A DNA stretch of 32,847 nt. It comes from Octopus bimaculoides (lineage: Eukaryota). Below the pieces are notes generated by a model. That model saw only the letters and a program-made list of their open reading frames with translations, searched no databases and had not been told where the DNA came from. Positions 32,331 through 32,847 of the stretch are shown here, piece by piece (positions within the stretch are counted from its first letter, which is position 1; the number at the start of each line of letters is the position of its first letter). The stretch lies in assembly GCF_001194135.2 (NCBI RefSeq), contig NC_068981.1, forward strand, positions 139,263,107-139,295,953, in the 5' to 3' direction. A program made the translations under genes and the position numbers.

Positions 32331-32699
32331 GTGTCAAACCTGTTATGATTAAAGTCCACAGAGCTTCTCAACATACAGATATACAGATGTTTGAAAGGAA
32401 GACACGAAGAAGAAAATAACGAAATTGTATGATATCAGCTATTTACACTGAATGAAGAAGTCATAAAAGGAATATTCCTAGGGAGTTAAAGACATTAGCT
32501 TGTTGAATACAATTCTAAAATTATATTATTTATGAAGTATATACGCTGATATATCTACACCCCTTGTAATTTATTTCTCTCTCTAAACAGACATTAACAC
32601 TTTTTACTCCCACTTCTTCCACAATGTGTTTGTGTGGAGTGGTAGGTTTAAATAATAGATGTTTACACAAATAAGATGGACTCTCGTCCATCCATCCAC

Positions 32700-32741
<42 letters not shown>

Positions 32742-32847
32742 CTTACATAACAACAATTATACTTCTGTGCATCTCTGTGGTGAGTATATACAAATATATT
32801 CGCACATTCGCACATGCAAGCACGTTCAGACACATGTGTATATATAT

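Overview
AT-rich, microsatellite-saturated, repeat-dense animal non-coding DNA (large intron or intergenic) from a draft assembly with five N-gaps. The SINE and LINE repertoire resembles what I recall from octopod (Octopus sp.) genomes; this is inference, not a database result. I can support no intact protein-coding gene. Almost all ORF-track entries are translations of (CA)n/(TA)n/(TACA)n arrays, N-runs or SINEs. Recognisable content: (1) an internally deleted Tc1-type transposon whose catalytic spacing reconstructs as DD36E; (2) a fold-back structure built from an R4/Dong-type non-LTR retrotransposon, with two outward-facing tailed ends about 92% identical around an ORF fragment; (3) the 3' end of an RTE-type LINE whose last ~37 nt match the tail of a CORE-like SINE in the same window; (4) more than 25 copies or fragments of about four SINE-like families, one with a perfect 19-bp TSD and one nested; (5) a TTAA-flanked piggyBac-type MITE; (6) two possible Penelope-like remnants; (7) a few unique islands with canonical splice signals, possibly 5' exons of a minus-strand gene. 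Family letters A, B, C and E are my working labels.
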